DNA of 64,000 bases from NCBI GenBank assembly GCA_039621445.1, contig CP154954.1, positions 28,514,417 through 28,578,416 of the forward strand, read 5' to 3'. Below, piece by piece: positions 1 through 13,715 of the stretch. Each line of letters starts with the position of its first letter. The first letter of the stretch is position 1. The notes beneath the pieces are model-generated. The model worked only from the letters and a program-made list of their open reading frames with translations, did not search any database and was not told the DNA's origin. This DNA comes from Euglena gracilis. Its lineage: Eukaryota. The position numbers and the translations under genes were made by a program.

Positions 1-143
1 ACTCAGCCTGTTGTTCGTCGCCATCCTGTCCCTCCCTGTTGTTCCCCGCAGCGAGGTCATCATACGAAGTACTTCGCCTCTGCCCCAGGACACCTCGCCC
101 ATCGCCCTCATCATCAACCCTGCCGTTCAACATGGCGTGCACA

Positions 144-325
144 TCGTACGAAGTTCACCGCCGCAGACGACCCCCTCCCTCGTCGCCCTGACCCTGTTCC
201 CTGCTCCTCGCGCTCGGCGGGATCCTCGTACGAAGTTCACCGCCGCAGACGACCCCCTCCTCGTCGCCCTGGCCCTGTTCCCTGCCCTTCACGCTCGGCG
301 GGATCATCGTACGATGTTCGCGACC
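144..325. repeat. ~81-82 bp tandem repeat, ~2.3 copies
   Basis: TCGTACGA(A/T)GTTC recurs at 144, 226 and 307 with near-identical intervening sequence. Confidence 0.85.
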
Positions 326-479
326 GGCACTCCCCCCACGTCCGGCCCTTCCACCACCCGCCACACAGCCAAAACCCTCGGCACTCACCCGGGGACGCTT
401 TTTTCCGCCGCCACCGCCATCCTCCTCTCTGTCTGTGATGACCCCGGCAGGCGCCGGCACCGCCCCCCCCCCCCCCCCC

Positions 480-1625
480 CCCGCTCCTGGCCCGCGGGGG
501 GTCCGGACCACCCCACCACCTACCAGGGAAATGAGCTCGGGCCCGGCCGCCGAAGCTCGCGGCGGCCCATTTTCCTCCCCCCCTCCCCGGAGCTCCTCGC
601 ACACGCCCCCCCCACCCTAAACCCCCAGACACGGCACGACTGTGCGCACCCCCCCCGTCCCCCACCGGACAGCACCCACGCTCACACAGTAGCCACCTGG
701 CTGCCCGCCGTTGCCCCTGCATTCAAAGGCCAGCCCCAACCCGGTACCTGGCCTTTGCTTGCTCAAGCCCCGAATGACCCAGACACCCCCTACCCGCATT
801 CACCCCTACCTGAGGTTAGTGCTTACATGAAGAACCCCTCGGAGGCACACAACGCCCCCCCCCCAGCGAGTGCACAGTGGCAGTCACCCCCACCCCAACC
901 TCAGGCTCCTCTGTTTTTTTTTAAAATAAAAATTTAGCATATTTATTCCTTTCTTTGATAGCCACCCGCCAGTCCTCCTCTGAGAGTGCCGGGCCCCACC
1001 CCTGGCATCATCATACAGTACCACCAACTGGGTTGACCGGGGCGACACCAGCCCTCTGGGACAAATCCCCCACCCCTGCGCCAGGCTCCCCCCCTCCTGA
1101 CTTTCCACGGTCTGGCACCGCTCAGACCTTGTGCCCATTAACTCCCCCCCTACTCAGATCAGCATCACCCCAGCCCCGAACCCACACGATACCCCCCGCG
1201 CACTTGCTGCAAAAATCCAGGGACGGGCCCCTCACAGCATGCGGAACCCCCCCCCCCGACAGACACCCCCCCACCCTGTGTGTGGGCTTGGCTCGTGCCG
1301 GGCATCAGCGCCGGCGTTCGCTCTACTGTCCTGGCCCGGCCCCAACCCCAGCCTATGAACGGGCCACGGACCAAGGAGATCGGGTCCGGTCGCCAACGCT
1401 CGCGGCGGCCCCTTCCCCCCCCCCCCCCGGAGCTCCTCGCACACGCCCCCCCACCCCCAAACCCCCAGACACGGCACGACAGCACATTGGGCGCACCTTC
1501 CCCGTCCCCCACCGGACAGCACCCACACTCACACGGTAGCCACCTGGCTGCCCGCCGTTGCCCCTGCATTCAAAGGCCAGCTCCAACCCGGTACCTGGCC
1601 TTTGCTTGCTCCAGCCCCGAATCAT
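480..1625. repeat. Direct duplication of a ~300 bp C-rich segment (480-790 and ~1330-1625)
   Basis: Shared blocks GGAGCTCCTCGCACACGCCCC...AAACCCCCAGACACGGCACGAC...GTAGCCACCTGGCTGCCCGCCGTTGCCCCTGCATTCAAAGGCCAG in both copies. Confidence 0.9.
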
Positions 1626-4600
1626 GCATTTGTGCTGATTTTATCTCGCAGCCTGGCATCAGCATGCAAACGTGGTTTGCATGCACTAGCAAATTGATTT
1701 GTTGCCTCTCGGAATTTTGCCACCCCCCCCCCCCATTCGACCAGCCCCGCCCAGCCCATCCCCCACCACCCGCCAAGCATAATCCCCACTACCCACCCCC
1801 CTGGCAACCCCTGTTCGGCCCCCCGGAACCCTGCCCAACTCTGCCTCCACCCACTACCCACCCCACTCACGCACAAATGCCCCACCATTTAAGCTATCAG
1901 GAAACTCCCCCTGCATTACATCCATCTGGTGCTGGCTGCTGAAATGAAACCATTTCTATGCAGGACCACTTACACGCAAACGCTGCTTTAAACACCCTTT
2001 TTAATTCTGCGCATAAATTTCATCCACAAATTTCCCTTGCAGCTCATTTCAGTCAAAACACACCAGTGGGGCAGCCCAAATCCTCTTCACTGCGAACCCC
2101 CAAATTTCCGCAATAAGACCCACTGTGTTATAAACTCACATAAAACATAAAGAACAGCATCTCCCAAATTGCAGGGAAAGAAGAAAAGCTAGAGAACACC
2201 CTCGGAAACATGAATTTACATCAGCGCCTCCTTCACCTCCAGCCAACTCCCACCTTTCATGACACCAGGCCCATTTCCCTCTCCCTTACAATCATATGTG
2301 GCGACAGTGCACGCCCCATCCTCCTTCAGACCGCGGTGAGACACAGCTCTCTCCATGGTTTGTTGAATTTGTGCTGATTTGTCTCACAACCCGACGTCAG
2401 CATGCAAATGTATTTTGTGTTGCACCAACCATTTCATGATTTCTTTTGCAGCCTCTTGGACTTTAAACCTTGGACCGGTCACAATGGGCCTGGCACCGTT
2501 TTTCTGCCAGCCCCTGCCCCCCCCCCCCCTAGCTCACCCACCAGCTCTCCGCCGAGACTGGTGGACGCCGACACCCCCCCCCCGCCGCCACCCCCCATCC
2601 GACCTCCCTGGTACGATAGGTCATCGCATCGACGCGGGACTGTGACCTGCCCCCCATCCTGGAGAAGGTGCGGGCGCACGACGAGGATGGCCTGCAGTGT
2701 GGCTGCCCCCCGCAACGACATTGTCGACGGGTGGGCCAAGAAGGCTGCCCGCGGAGAGGCATCCGAGTTTTGGGGGCCGCCGGCAGCCCAGTTCGGGGAT
2801 GCGGTGGAGCTCCTCGACTCGTCGGGCTCCGTCGTCCTGCAGGTGTCCTCCTCCTTCCCCTCGGCATGGTGGCTCCGCTCCCGGCGGGCGTGGCACACCG
2901 GTGCCCGCCAGTGCAGACTATCCCCCCTCTTCCCCGTGGCCATTGATATAAATTGGGCAGCATCCACCGGTGGTTTCCACCGGGCCATTGCCGGTGTCGA
3001 CGGTTTCGCCCACCTGGTGCCCCCAGCCACCATCAAATGGGTCGCCCGGGTCCGAGGGGGCTGCCTGGCCCGCAGGACTGCCTGTTTCGCCACGGCATGG
3101 GCCCTTCTTCCCCCGCCTGCCTGGGCTGTGGCGCTCCGGTGGAGGATGAGGAGCATATCCTCTCCGGGTGCTCATCCATCGGCTCCTCCGACGTGATCCC
3201 CTCCTTTCTGGAGCTGTGGGCCTCGGCGGGCTCCAAGGTGCGCTGCTCCATCCCACCGCCACCGGAGGTCTGGATCACTTCCCACCTCCTTCTGCTGGCG
3301 GCCGCCCTGATTCCCTCCGATTGCCTGTCGCACTCCCCGCTGCAACCAGCGGACGCTGGGCGCTTCCTCCCGGCCTTGCACCGCCTGCTGGCGGAGCGCC
3401 TCGCGGAGTGGATGCGGCGCCGGGGCACCCTCCAAGAGCCACCCCCCTCCACTCTCTCCCCGGACTCGTCCTCCCCAGCCCCCTGGCGTTCAGGGCAGCG
3501 GAGGCAAGGCCACCGGAACGCCAACCCACGGTGGCTGACCTCCGCCGCCTAGAGGTGGAACGCCGCCAGGCTCCACCGCTGCCGTCTCCACCTCCGCCCA
3601 CACCGCCTTCCTCGTTGCCGGCGTGCGGTCCGCAACGCTCCGCCGGCTTGCGAGAACAGCTGGTCTCCGTACTCCAACAGGAGACAACGATCCTCCATCC
3701 TGCGGCTCCACAGCTGCCCTCCTGCTGGCCGTGTTTGAGCGGGCCACCGGGCAGCCGCTCACCTCCACCCCAGGGGCCGGCCTCACCCAGCGGACTGTGG
3801 CACTGGGCCGCGCCCTCCGCCAGCTCATCGAGGCTGGCCCTGCGGTGGCCCTGTCTCCCCCTCTCCTGTGTGTATCCAAGTCCAACAGGCTCCTATACAA
3901 TAGGGTCCCCAGGGTCTCTCTGGACTTGGGGACCTGGCAGCGGTCCCCACAGGGGCCCTCATACTCCCCTGTCCTCCGCACACAGATGGCCGAGGCTAAT
4001 GCAGGCCTCGGGCGGTGGATCCGGGAACACCGGTTCCTGTGGCCAGCCCCTCCCGAAGAGGGGGAGTCCGCCATGGCCCTCCTGCTGTTGTGGGAAGTTG
4101 AGCATGCCTGCCCATTCCCCAGGGCTGTGCGGGACAACATCGCCGGATTCACCAAGCACTTGCAGGCCGCTGTCGCCGGCGACGAGGAACGTGGCTCCAA
4201 AGAGATGTCCAAAGAGATGGCGTCCCCTCTGGCGCCGGGCCTCCCGCCGTCTCGACCCCGCCGCTGGTCGGTGCGGCTGGCCCCAACGCCGGAGGGGGTC
4301 CGCGCCCCGTGGTAACGGGCATTCACCGAGAGGTGGAACGCTTTCCTCCTCTCTTTGGCCGCGGCCAGCTCTGGCAGCATCGCCGCCGTGGCTTCCTCTG
4401 TCCCCAATGTCGCAGGCATTTCGTCGTCTCCCTCTGCCCCGGTCCAGCCGCCACCCCTGGCCCACCGCTAGCCAAGCGGCGGAGGACTGGACCAGCGGCC
4501 GGGCGCCCACAGGCGGACTCGGCCTCGGCCTCGGCCCTCCCCCCAGCACGCCTTCCCGCTCCCCCGCCCGCCACTCTAGGTACCCCAAGCCAGCGGCGGA

Positions 4601-7200
4601 CGGGTGCAGCGCCCGCCAAGCGGCTCAGAAACCAGCCGCCAACAGGAGGCTCACCAGCAGCCTTGGCGTTGGCCCCCCTGGGGAGCCCGCCAGCACCCTC
4701 ACCCCCGGAGGACGGGGACTCCGTCCCCATGCCTGTCTGCCTGCCCTCCTTGCATGGCTTCCCAGGTACCCCCACTCGGCAGCCCCTCCCCCCCCTGCGG
4801 GAGCAGGAGGAGCATCCTCGAAAGCGGCAGGCATCTTTGCAGGTCTGGCTCCAGCCACGCGTGCGCCGGCCGGCGGAACACGGCAGAGCTGCGGAGGGCC
4901 CGCCCACCTGAGCGGGCGTGGGCAATTCCCAGGGACTCCGGTCCCTGAGGAACCCGCATAGCGTCCGGCGGTGAAATTCACCGCGAAAACCGAACCCCAC
5001 CACTACCCACCCCACCCACCCCACCCCCACCACACCCTAGTCTTCAAGATTTTGCGGACCTCTTCCCTCCGCGTTGTCTAAATTTTGTTCAAGCTGCTGA
5101 AGTGCAACCATTTATTTGCAACCGCCGCTTTACCCCTCCATTAACTCTCAACCGCAAATTTCTCTTGCAGCTCTTTTCAGTCAGTACACACTGACATACC
5201 CGTGGAGCAGCCCAAATACTCTTCGCTGTGAACCCCCCAAATTTCCAAAATAACACTCATTGTGGTAGAAATTTTTCATAAAACATAAGAGAATCACATT
5301 TCTAAATTTCAGGACGAAGAAAGGCTGGGAAACACCCGGGAGAAATAAATCCACATTGGTGCTCCCCGCACCCCCAGCCCCAGCCCCCTCCCCGTTTTTC
5401 ATGACACCAGGCCCAATTTCTTTCTCCCATGCATTCAAATGTGGCAGCAGTGCATGCCCCATCCTCATCCAGACCGCAGTGAGACACAGCTCTCTCCGCG
5501 GTTTGTTGAATTTGTGCTGATGTATCTCACTGCCTGACATCAGATGCAGACATATTTTAGCTCACCTGCAAATTGATGGTTTCTTTTTTGCCTCTCCTAT
5601 TTTTGAACCCCCCCCCTTCTTGGACCAGTCATTATCCTCTAGTGGGCCTGGCGCCGTGTTTCTGCCAACCCTCTCCGCCACCCCCCCCCCCAGCTCACCC
5701 AGTCGAGAATGGTGGGCGCAGACTCCCCACCCTTTGTTGCACTGAAGCCTCCTGTCTGTCCCCCCCCTCCCCCCGCCGGCACCCTCTGTCCGGAACCCTG
5801 CCCCAGCTGTGCCTCCACTACCCACCACACCCACCCCACCCCCACCACACCCTAGTCTTCAAGATTTTGCGGACCTCTTCCCCCCGCTTTGTCTAAATTT
5901 TGTTCAAGCTGCTGAAGTGCAACCACTTATTTGCAACCGCCGCTTTACCCCTCCATTAATTCTCACCTGCAAATTTCTCTTGCAGCTCATTTCAGTCAGT
6001 ACACACTGACATACCCGTGGAGCAGCCCTAATACTATTCGCTGTGAACCCCCCAAATTTCCAAAATAACGCTCATCGTGGTAGAAATTCACATAAAACAT
6101 GAGAGAATCACATTTCTAAGTTTCAGTACATAAAGAAAGGCTGGGAAACACCCGGGAGAAATAAATTCACATTGGTGCTCCCCGCACCCCCAGCCCCAGC
6201 CCCCTCCCCGTTTTTCATGACACCAGGCCCAATTTCTTTCTCCCATGCATTCAAATGTGGCAGCAGTGCACGCCCTCATCCAGACCGCGGTGAGACACAG
6301 CTCTCTCCGCGGTTTGTTGAATTTGTGCTGATGTATCTCACTGCCTTACGTCAGCATGCAAACACATTTTGTGTGCACCAACCATTTTATGATTTCTTTT
6401 GCTGCCTCCTGGACCGGTCATTATGGGCCTGGCACTGTGTTTCTGCCAGCCCCTGCCCCCCCCCCCAGCTTACCCACCAGCTCTCCGCCGAGAATGGTGG
6501 ACGCCGACTCCCCCCCCCCGCCGCCACCCCCCATCCGGCCTCCACCCGGGAACCCTGCCCCGACTCTGCCTCCACCCACTATCCACCGTAACCACCCCAC
6601 ACACCAGGAACACCCTAACCTTTAAGAATTTGAGAACCTCTTCTTCCCTCCGCTTTGTCTGAACGTGGCTCAAGCCTGCTTAAGTGCAACCATTTACCTG
6701 CATCCGCCGCTTTAACCCCTTCCTTTATTATCATCCACAAATTTCTCTTGCAGCTCATCTAAGTCAGTACACACTAAAAAACCTTTGGGGCCCAAATAGT
6801 CTGCACTGCGAACCCCCAATTTCTAAATGAAACCCCATTGTGGTAGAAACCCACTTGAGTTAGTAAGATTGACATTCCCAAATATCATGGAAAGGAAAAA
6901 GGAGCACCCAGGAGAAAAAAGTTATTCATTAGCGCCTCTTGCATTCCCAGCCTTCCCATTTTTTATGACACCAGTCTCTCATCCATTCTTACATGCACCA
7001 CCATGTGCAGTTCACCTCCCCAGCCCCATGCCCCCTCCAGACCATGGTGAGACACAGCTCTCTCCGTGGTTTGTTGTATTTGTGCCGATTTTTTTTCACA
7101 GCCTGACATCAGCATGCAAGCATTTTTTTTTTTTGCATGCACCATCCAATGCATAGTTTCTTCTGCTGCCTCGCGAAATTTTCAACCCTCACCCATCTTG
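1625..7200. repeat. Tandem array of ~750-810 bp units interrupted by a LINE remnant
   Basis: Marker GAGACACAGCTCTCTCC..GGTTTGTTG at ~2338, 5481, 6292 and 7049, with a partial unit at ~1628. Spacing is 811 and 757; the 2338-5481 gap equals one unit plus the LINE. Confidence 0.88.
2609..4990 (+). mobile_element. 5'-truncated, frameshifted non-LTR retrotransposon 3' part (RNase H C-terminus + CCHC zinc knuckle)
   Basis: Across frames: EKVRAHDEDG..RNDIVDGWAKKAA (RNase H KV.AH...N...D..AK motif, ~2660-2750) and CLGCGAPVEDEEHILSGC (CX2CX7HX4C, ~3118-3172). GC-rich block replacing part of one satellite unit. Confidence 0.75.
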
Positions 7201-7249
7201 TTCCATTTATAACACAACCACCCCATTCTTTCCCCTTTTCAGGACTCGC

Positions 7250-8750
7250 AGACTACCCAAATCAACCCGCGTTACCTGACCCACCGAGCTTCCGGATAAC
7301 CCCAACCACCTTGTGTATCTCACCCACGAAATTCCCTCCACCCCACAGTGTTCAACCTCGAACTTCCGGGCACCCAATGTATTCCGCCCTGCCCACCATG
7401 ATATATTTATAATGCAAAAATCCATGGTGTCTCTCCCACGAACCTCTGGACACCCTCATCCATGGTTTCCGACCCATCAAATCTGAACTACACCACATAC
7501 CCCATCTATGTTGTTTTACCCACAAAACCACCCTGTGGTGTTCAACCCACCCAACTTATGGACCCCCCCCCAATGGTGTCTTACTCACCGACTTTCGTTT
7601 CACCCCCAACCACCCCAGTGCATCCAACCCGCCGAACTTCCGTGCTACGCGCCGAACTTCTGAACAGCCCAACCCCCCCCCCCCCCGTACTGTTCTTCAC
7701 GCCGACTGCCCGGACCCCCCAAACGCTCCGGATAACCACAACCAACCGATCCTTCCGATAACCCAACCCCCACGGTGTTCTTTCCGATTTCCGAATAAGC
7801 TTGATAGCCCGTTGGTGCAGAACTCTGAACTACGGATAACCCCCTTGCCCAGATGGTGTCTGACCCACCGAGCTTCCGGACCATTCCGAATACCCCGTGA
7901 TATTTAACCCGCTGCATTTCAGGCTTGCCTCAACCCCTCTGTAGTTTTTCACCACCCACCGAACTTCGGTACAAACCCAGCCACCCTGCGGAGTCTAACC
8001 TGTCGAAATTCCGATAATCCCGACCAACCCATGGTGTTCGACCCGCTGAAACCTGGGACCCCCCCCCCCCGTGGCCTTCCACACATCTCACCTCTGGAAA
8101 CTCAATGGACCATAAACTTCTGCATAACCAGAACTCTCCCCTGGTGTCTCTCCCACCCCATTACCAAACTCCTGGATAACCCCACAACCATGGTGTACTG
8201 CACACCAACCACCTCACGTGGTGTTCAAAATCAGCTGCCGGACCATCCCATCCTACCCACCATCTTTCCGGACATCATAATCAATGCGGTGCTTTACCCC
8301 ATAAATTTCCGGGTGACCCATCAACTTTCTCAGTTACTCAGCCTGATGGCCCACCATGGTGTGCTACCCTTCCAACTCCCGCGTAAACCCACCTACCGAG
8401 CTTCCACATAACCCTAATCACCCTGTGCCCTCAGAGCTTCCGGACCACCTCGAACACCCTGTGACATCCAACCCCCTGCTTTACCAGGCCTCCCTCAACC
8501 ACCCCGTGGTGTTGTAACCACCGAACCTCGGAATAACCCCAACCGCCTGGCGGTGTCCAACCCGCTGAACTTCCACCCGCCAAACTTCCATACAATTTCA
8601 ATCCCTCCCCGGGGTGTTCTACACGCCGACTGCCTGACCTCCCACCCCAGTGTTCCGCCCCCAACTTCTGGAACATCCTAACCAACCCATGGCCTCCCAC
8701 CCACCGAATTGTAGATTACCACAACCACCCCGTGTTGGTCCTGTTGTTCG
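7250..8750. repeat. Degenerate ~40-45 bp minisatellite
   Basis: Recurring variants of GGTGTTCAACCC(G)CCGAACTTCCGGA(T/C)AACCCC throughout. Confidence 0.6.
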
Positions 8751-9404
8751 AAATTTGGGATAAACGCAATCAAACGCCGATTTCCGGCCCTTTGCCCGTC
8801 CATGAAAGAAGAATTTTCGGCCCCCCCTCAGGTTCGAGGTAGCGGGGATCAACCCCCCCCCTCCGTGACGGAGCACAGCCTCTCCGTGGCGAAGGAGAGG
8901 AGTGGACCCCATATCACCCCGGGGGTACGGCGACCAGGGTGCACCCAGCTTGGTCTATTTTTTTTCTGCATCATTTCTGCGTTCCCCACCCTCTACCCTG
9001 ACCGACCCTCGGGAGGAGGGCCCCGGTCCGGTGGGAACATCACATCATTCCGATTTGTGCCCCCCATTCCCACTCATTCCCCCAGCCTCTGCCCCCCAGC
9101 TTGCACGCCCTCATCCCCCCATCATACCATCCCGGCCTCACTCTATTTGTCCCCTGGACACCAAACCCCACACACCCCCACAGGCGAACCCCCAACCAAA
9201 TCCCAAACTCCCAAATCAAATTGCAATGCCCGGGCTCCGGGGGTGCCCTCCAGAGTGGTGCTTGTGTACGCCCACGGCTGGAGGCACTGCGCAACAACGC
9301 GGGGCACAACAAATCCAAATCCAAATCCCCCCCCCCCCCCCCCCCCCCCCCCGCCCCCCCCCCGCCCCCCCCCCCCCCCCCCCCCCCCCCTGGGTATGCA
9401 ATGG

Positions 9405-12207
9405 CCCCCGAGGATTATCGATGTGATTGGATTTCCGGGCCCACAAAGTGAATAGCCTATAGGTTAGGAGAGGGTCCCTAGTTTCTCTAGAGCCCTTGGG
9501 TTACCTGCAACTCCCCACCAGTCCGGAGATATGGCCCGAGCAAAAAAGTTGTCTACCGTTTTTTTTCCGGGGAAATTGCAGGGTCATTTTGGGGTCAAAA
9601 AATCGAAAAATTCAAAATATCTCGAAAACGCTGCTGAGTTAAGAAAAATTAAAGAGGACGTCATTCCACAACTTTGGGACGCCCGATCGATCGGTATGCG
9701 CGGTTTGGGCCAACTCTTCGCGTAGCCCGAGATACGGCCGTTTTGGGGTTTTGGGCCAGTTTGGCCAGCTTTGGCCATTTCGGGCCCATTCGGGGCCAGA
9801 AACCGTAAATTGCCCATATCTCGGGCTAGACGAGGAGTTGGAACCCAAACCAGGGGGTCAAACATTAGGTTTAGGGGGGGGTTTGACCGTTTTTTGGGGT
9901 TCCCGGGGTCTGGTTGCGCGATTTTGGGCCAGTTTTGGGTATTCGGGGACCCCTGCAGGCGCTGTGAGGGCGGCTGGGCGAGGGGGGTCGGGTTGGCTGG
10001 TTGGGACCCAAAAATTTGAAAATTGACACTTTTTTTCACTTCAGAACATCAAAAAAAGTGTTTTTGAGCGAAAAAAATTTTCCGACCCGGACCCCCCCCA
10101 TGCCCCCCGTGGCTGTGGCCTGCCCCCCCCCCTGGCCGGTGGATAGCCATTTATGGGTCAAAAAGTCGAAAAAATTCAAAAAAAATTTTTTGGCCCAAAA
10201 ACATGTTTTTTGACCTCCCGGAGCCGAAAAAAGTGTTTTCGAGCCAAAAATGAGCGTTTTTCGACCCGCCAGCGCCTCGTTTTGGGCCGCCAACCCATTG
10301 ACTTTGGGTCAAAACCGGGCCAAAAAAGTCGAAAAAAATCGAAAAAAATTTTTTGCCCCAAAATCATGTTTTTTGAACTCCCTGACCCGAAAAAACTGTT
10401 TTTGAGCCGAAAATGGGCGTTTTTCCACCGTCAGTGCCCCATTTTGGCCACCAACTCATTGACTTTGGGTCAAAACCGGGCCAAAAAAGTCGAAAAAATC
10501 GAAAAATTTTGTTTTGCCCAGAACAATGTTTTTTGGCCTCCAGGACACGTAAAACCTGTTTTTGAGCCGAAAATGAGCGTATTTCGACCCGCCAGCCGGC
10601 CGGGCCGCCGGGCTGCCGGGCCGCCGTGCCGCCGGGCCGCCGGCCGGGCCGGGCCGCGCCGGGCGCCGGGCCGGGCTGCGGTGGTCTCCCAAAGAGCTCA
10701 GCTCTACGTCACACCCTGGTCGGTGAGCTCTTATCTCTTTAGAGTAAGAGCGAAGCTTACCCCCCCCCCGAACCCCCCCCCTGACCCCCCCCCGCCCCCC
10801 CGCCCCCCGCCCCCCCCTCCCTGAGTAGGTCCGGCCACCCGAGGATTATCGATGTGATTGGATTTCCGGGCCCCCAAAGTGAATAGCCTATAGGTTAGGA
10901 GAGTGTCCCTAGTTTCTCCAGAGCCCTTGGGTTACCCGCAACTCCCCGCCAGTCTGGAGATTTAGGCCGAGCAAAAAAGTTGTCTACCGTTTTTTTTCCG
11001 GGAAATTGCAGGGTCATTTTGGGGTCAAAAAATCGAAAAATTCGAAATATCTCGAAAACGCTGCGGAGTTGAGAAAAATTAAAGAGGACGTCATTCCACA
11101 ACTTTGGGACGCCCGATCGATCGGTATGCGCGGTATGGGCCAACTCCTCGCCTAGCCCGAGATACGGCCGTTTTGGGGTTTTGGGCCAGTTTGGCCAGTT
11201 TTGGCCATTTCGGGCCCATTCGGGGCCCGAAACCGTAAATTGGCCGTATCTCGGGCTAGACGGGGAGTTGGGACCCAAACCAGGGGGTCAATCATTAGGT
11301 TTAAGGGGGGGTTTTGACCGTTTTTTGGGGTTCCCGGGGTCTGGCTGCGCGACTTTGGGCCAGTTTTGGGTGTTTGGGGGCCCCTGCAGGGGTCCGAAGG
11401 CGGCTGGGCGAGGGGGGGTCGGGTGGCAGGTCGGGACCCAAAATTTTGAAAAATTTTTTTCGCTCAAAAACACCTTTTTTCACTTCAGAACATCAAAAAA
11501 AGTGTTTTTGAGTGAAAAAAAATTTTCCGACCCGGACCCCCCCCCCTCTGCCCCCCTCTGGCTGGGGCCCGCCCCTGGCCGGTGGACTTAGCCATTTTTG
11601 GGTCAAAAAGTCGAAAAAAATTGAAATTTTTTTTTTTGCTTAAAACCATGATTTTTGACCTCCCGGACCCGAAAAAAGTGTTTTCGAGCCAAAAATGAGC
11701 GTTTTTCCACCCGCCAGCGCCCCGTTTTGGGCCGCCAACCCATTGACTTTAGGTCAAAACTGGGTCAAAAAAGTCGAAAAAATCGAAATTTTTTTTTCCC
11801 CAGAATAGTGTTTTTGGGCCTCCAGGACCCGTAAAGCCTGTTTTTGAGTCGAAAATGAGCCTTTTTCCCCCCGCCAGCGCGCCGTTTTGGGCCGCCCACC
11901 CATTGACTTTGAATCAAACTGGGCCAAAAAAGTCGAAAAAATCGAAAAAATTTTATTATTTTTTTATTTGCCAAAAACGATGTCTTTAGGCCTGGCCTCC
12001 CAGACCCGAAAAACCTGTTTTTGAACCGAAAATGACCGTTTTTTCCTGGGCCGGACCGGGCCGCCGGGCCGCCGGCCGGGCCGGGCCTCCGGGCCGCCGG
12101 GCCGCCGGCCGTGCCGGGCTGCCGGGCCGGGCCGCCGGGCCGCCGGGCCGCCGGCCGGGCCGCCGGGGTGGACTCCCAAAGAGCTCAGCTCTACGTCACA
12201 CCCTGGT
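9405..12207. repeat. Two head-to-tail ~1.43 kb copies of a non-coding repeat element
   Basis: CCCGAGGATTATCGATGTGATTGGATTTCCGGGCCC at ~9407 and ~10838; both copies end CTCCCAAAGAGCTCAGCTCTACGTCACACCCTGGT (~10720, ~12207). Internal ~120 bp subrepeats and a CCGGG-rich tract. Confidence 0.9.
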
Positions 12208-12299
12208 ATGGGGGGGGGGGGGGGGGGGTATGGGGGGGTATGTATGGGGGGGTATGGGGGAAGGGTTTGGAGGTGTTGTTGATGAGGTTTATGGCCCCT

Positions 12300-12892
12300 G
12301 GAACAGTTGCACAAGTCGCGCGATTTGACCACAAACCGCGATTTGGCCACAAAAAACGATCGGTAGACTAGGATGAGGTTATTTTTTTTGCCGGGGTGGT
12401 CCGGGGGGGGGGGCGGGAGCCCCCCCCGGGCACTCGAACAGTTGCATACATCGCGCGATTTGACCACAAAGCGCGATTTGGCCACAAAAAATGATCGGTA
12501 GACAAGGATGACGTTATTTTTTTTTGCCGGGGGGGGGGGTCCGGGGGGGGCGGGAGCCCCCCCCCCCGGCACTCGAACAGTTGCATACATCGCGCGATTT
12601 GACCACAAAGCGCGATTTGGCCACAAAAACAGATCGGTAGACAAGGATGAGGTTATTTTTTTTTGCCGGGGGGGGGTCCGGGGGGGGGCGGGAGCCCCCC
12701 CGGGCACTCGAACAGTTGCATACATCGCGCGATTTGACCACAAAGCGCGATTTGACCACAAAAACAGATCGGTAGACAAGGATGAGGTTATTTTTTTTTG
12801 CCGGGGGGGGTCCGGGGGGGGGGGGGGCGGGAGCCCCCCCCCCCCCCCCCGGGCACTCGAACAGTTGCATACGTCGCGTGATTTGACCACAA
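12300..12892. repeat. ~135-150 bp tandem repeat, ~4.3 copies
   Basis: GAACAGTTGCA at ~12301, 12436, 12575, 12710 and 12859; each unit has a doubled GCGATTTG(A/G)CCACAAA. Confidence 0.92.
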
Positions 12893-12941
12893 AAGGGTCC
12901 AGGAGGCCAAAAAAAAAACGCTTCCGGGCAAAAAAAATTTT

Positions 12942-13070
12942 GGGGTATGGGGGGGTATGGGGGGGTATGGGGGGGGTATGGGGGGTATGGGGGGGGTATG
13001 GGGTGTGGGGTATGGGGGGGTATGGGGGGGTATGGGGGGGTATGGGGTATGGGGGGGGGGTATGGGGGGG
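12942..13070. repeat. (G)nTAT simple repeat
   Basis: Repeated GGGGGGGTAT; a shorter tract at 12206-12260. Confidence 0.85.
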
Positions 13071-13715
13071 CCCCACTTTGTGCCATGACTCGGGATCCAC
13101 TGGGATTTCCACCAGCCAAATTTGGACTTGTGGGTCGAGCCCCCCACCAGGGGGCACCGCAAACCCTTAAGCAGAAGCCTGGCAGAGGGGCACATAACAC
13201 ATAACGTACACCACAGCACGTCACAGAACAGCCCAGAACAGCCCACACGATGGCAAAAGATGAGAGATACCATTGGGGGGAGGGCTCAGAAATTGCAGAA
13301 AGAAATATGTGGAAACAGCTCATTCGATAAATCTTCAGACAAGACAGATGATTTCAACCCATCACCATGCCCAGCTGCTTGATGGGTGGTGATTTGCTCC
13401 AACTTTTTAGGAAACGTTGTGGTTTGGCATCCATTGCGAAGGGTGCAACAGATGCACATGTGGTTGTTTGCAAATGGCTTTGTGCAGAATGCATTTGCGG
13501 CCGTTGGCGCTAGTAGCTAACCTTCTTTTTTTGCTCCTGTTGATTGTTGAATAGTTGCTTCTGGCGTCCCCCCCAGCTTGCGGATCTTGGAATGGCTGCA
13601 GTGCAACCCGCCATAAACCCCCCTGAATAGAAGCCCCCCCCCCCCGAATAGTGCCCCCCACCCCCCGAATAGAAGTCCCCCCGGTTTTCGACCAACGTTC
13701 CGAATAGTGACCCCA

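Noticed and set aside
3168-4961. 597 aa ORF as a host gene
   Set aside because: Off-frame reading of the GC-rich LINE remnant; the recognisable motifs lie in other frames.
12300-12892. CRISPR-like array
   Set aside because: The sequence between repeats is also repeated (no unique spacers), no cas genes are present, and the context is eukaryotic.
12942-13070. Telomeric repeat
   Set aside because: The unit is GnTAT with variable G runs, not TTAGGG, and it is interstitial.
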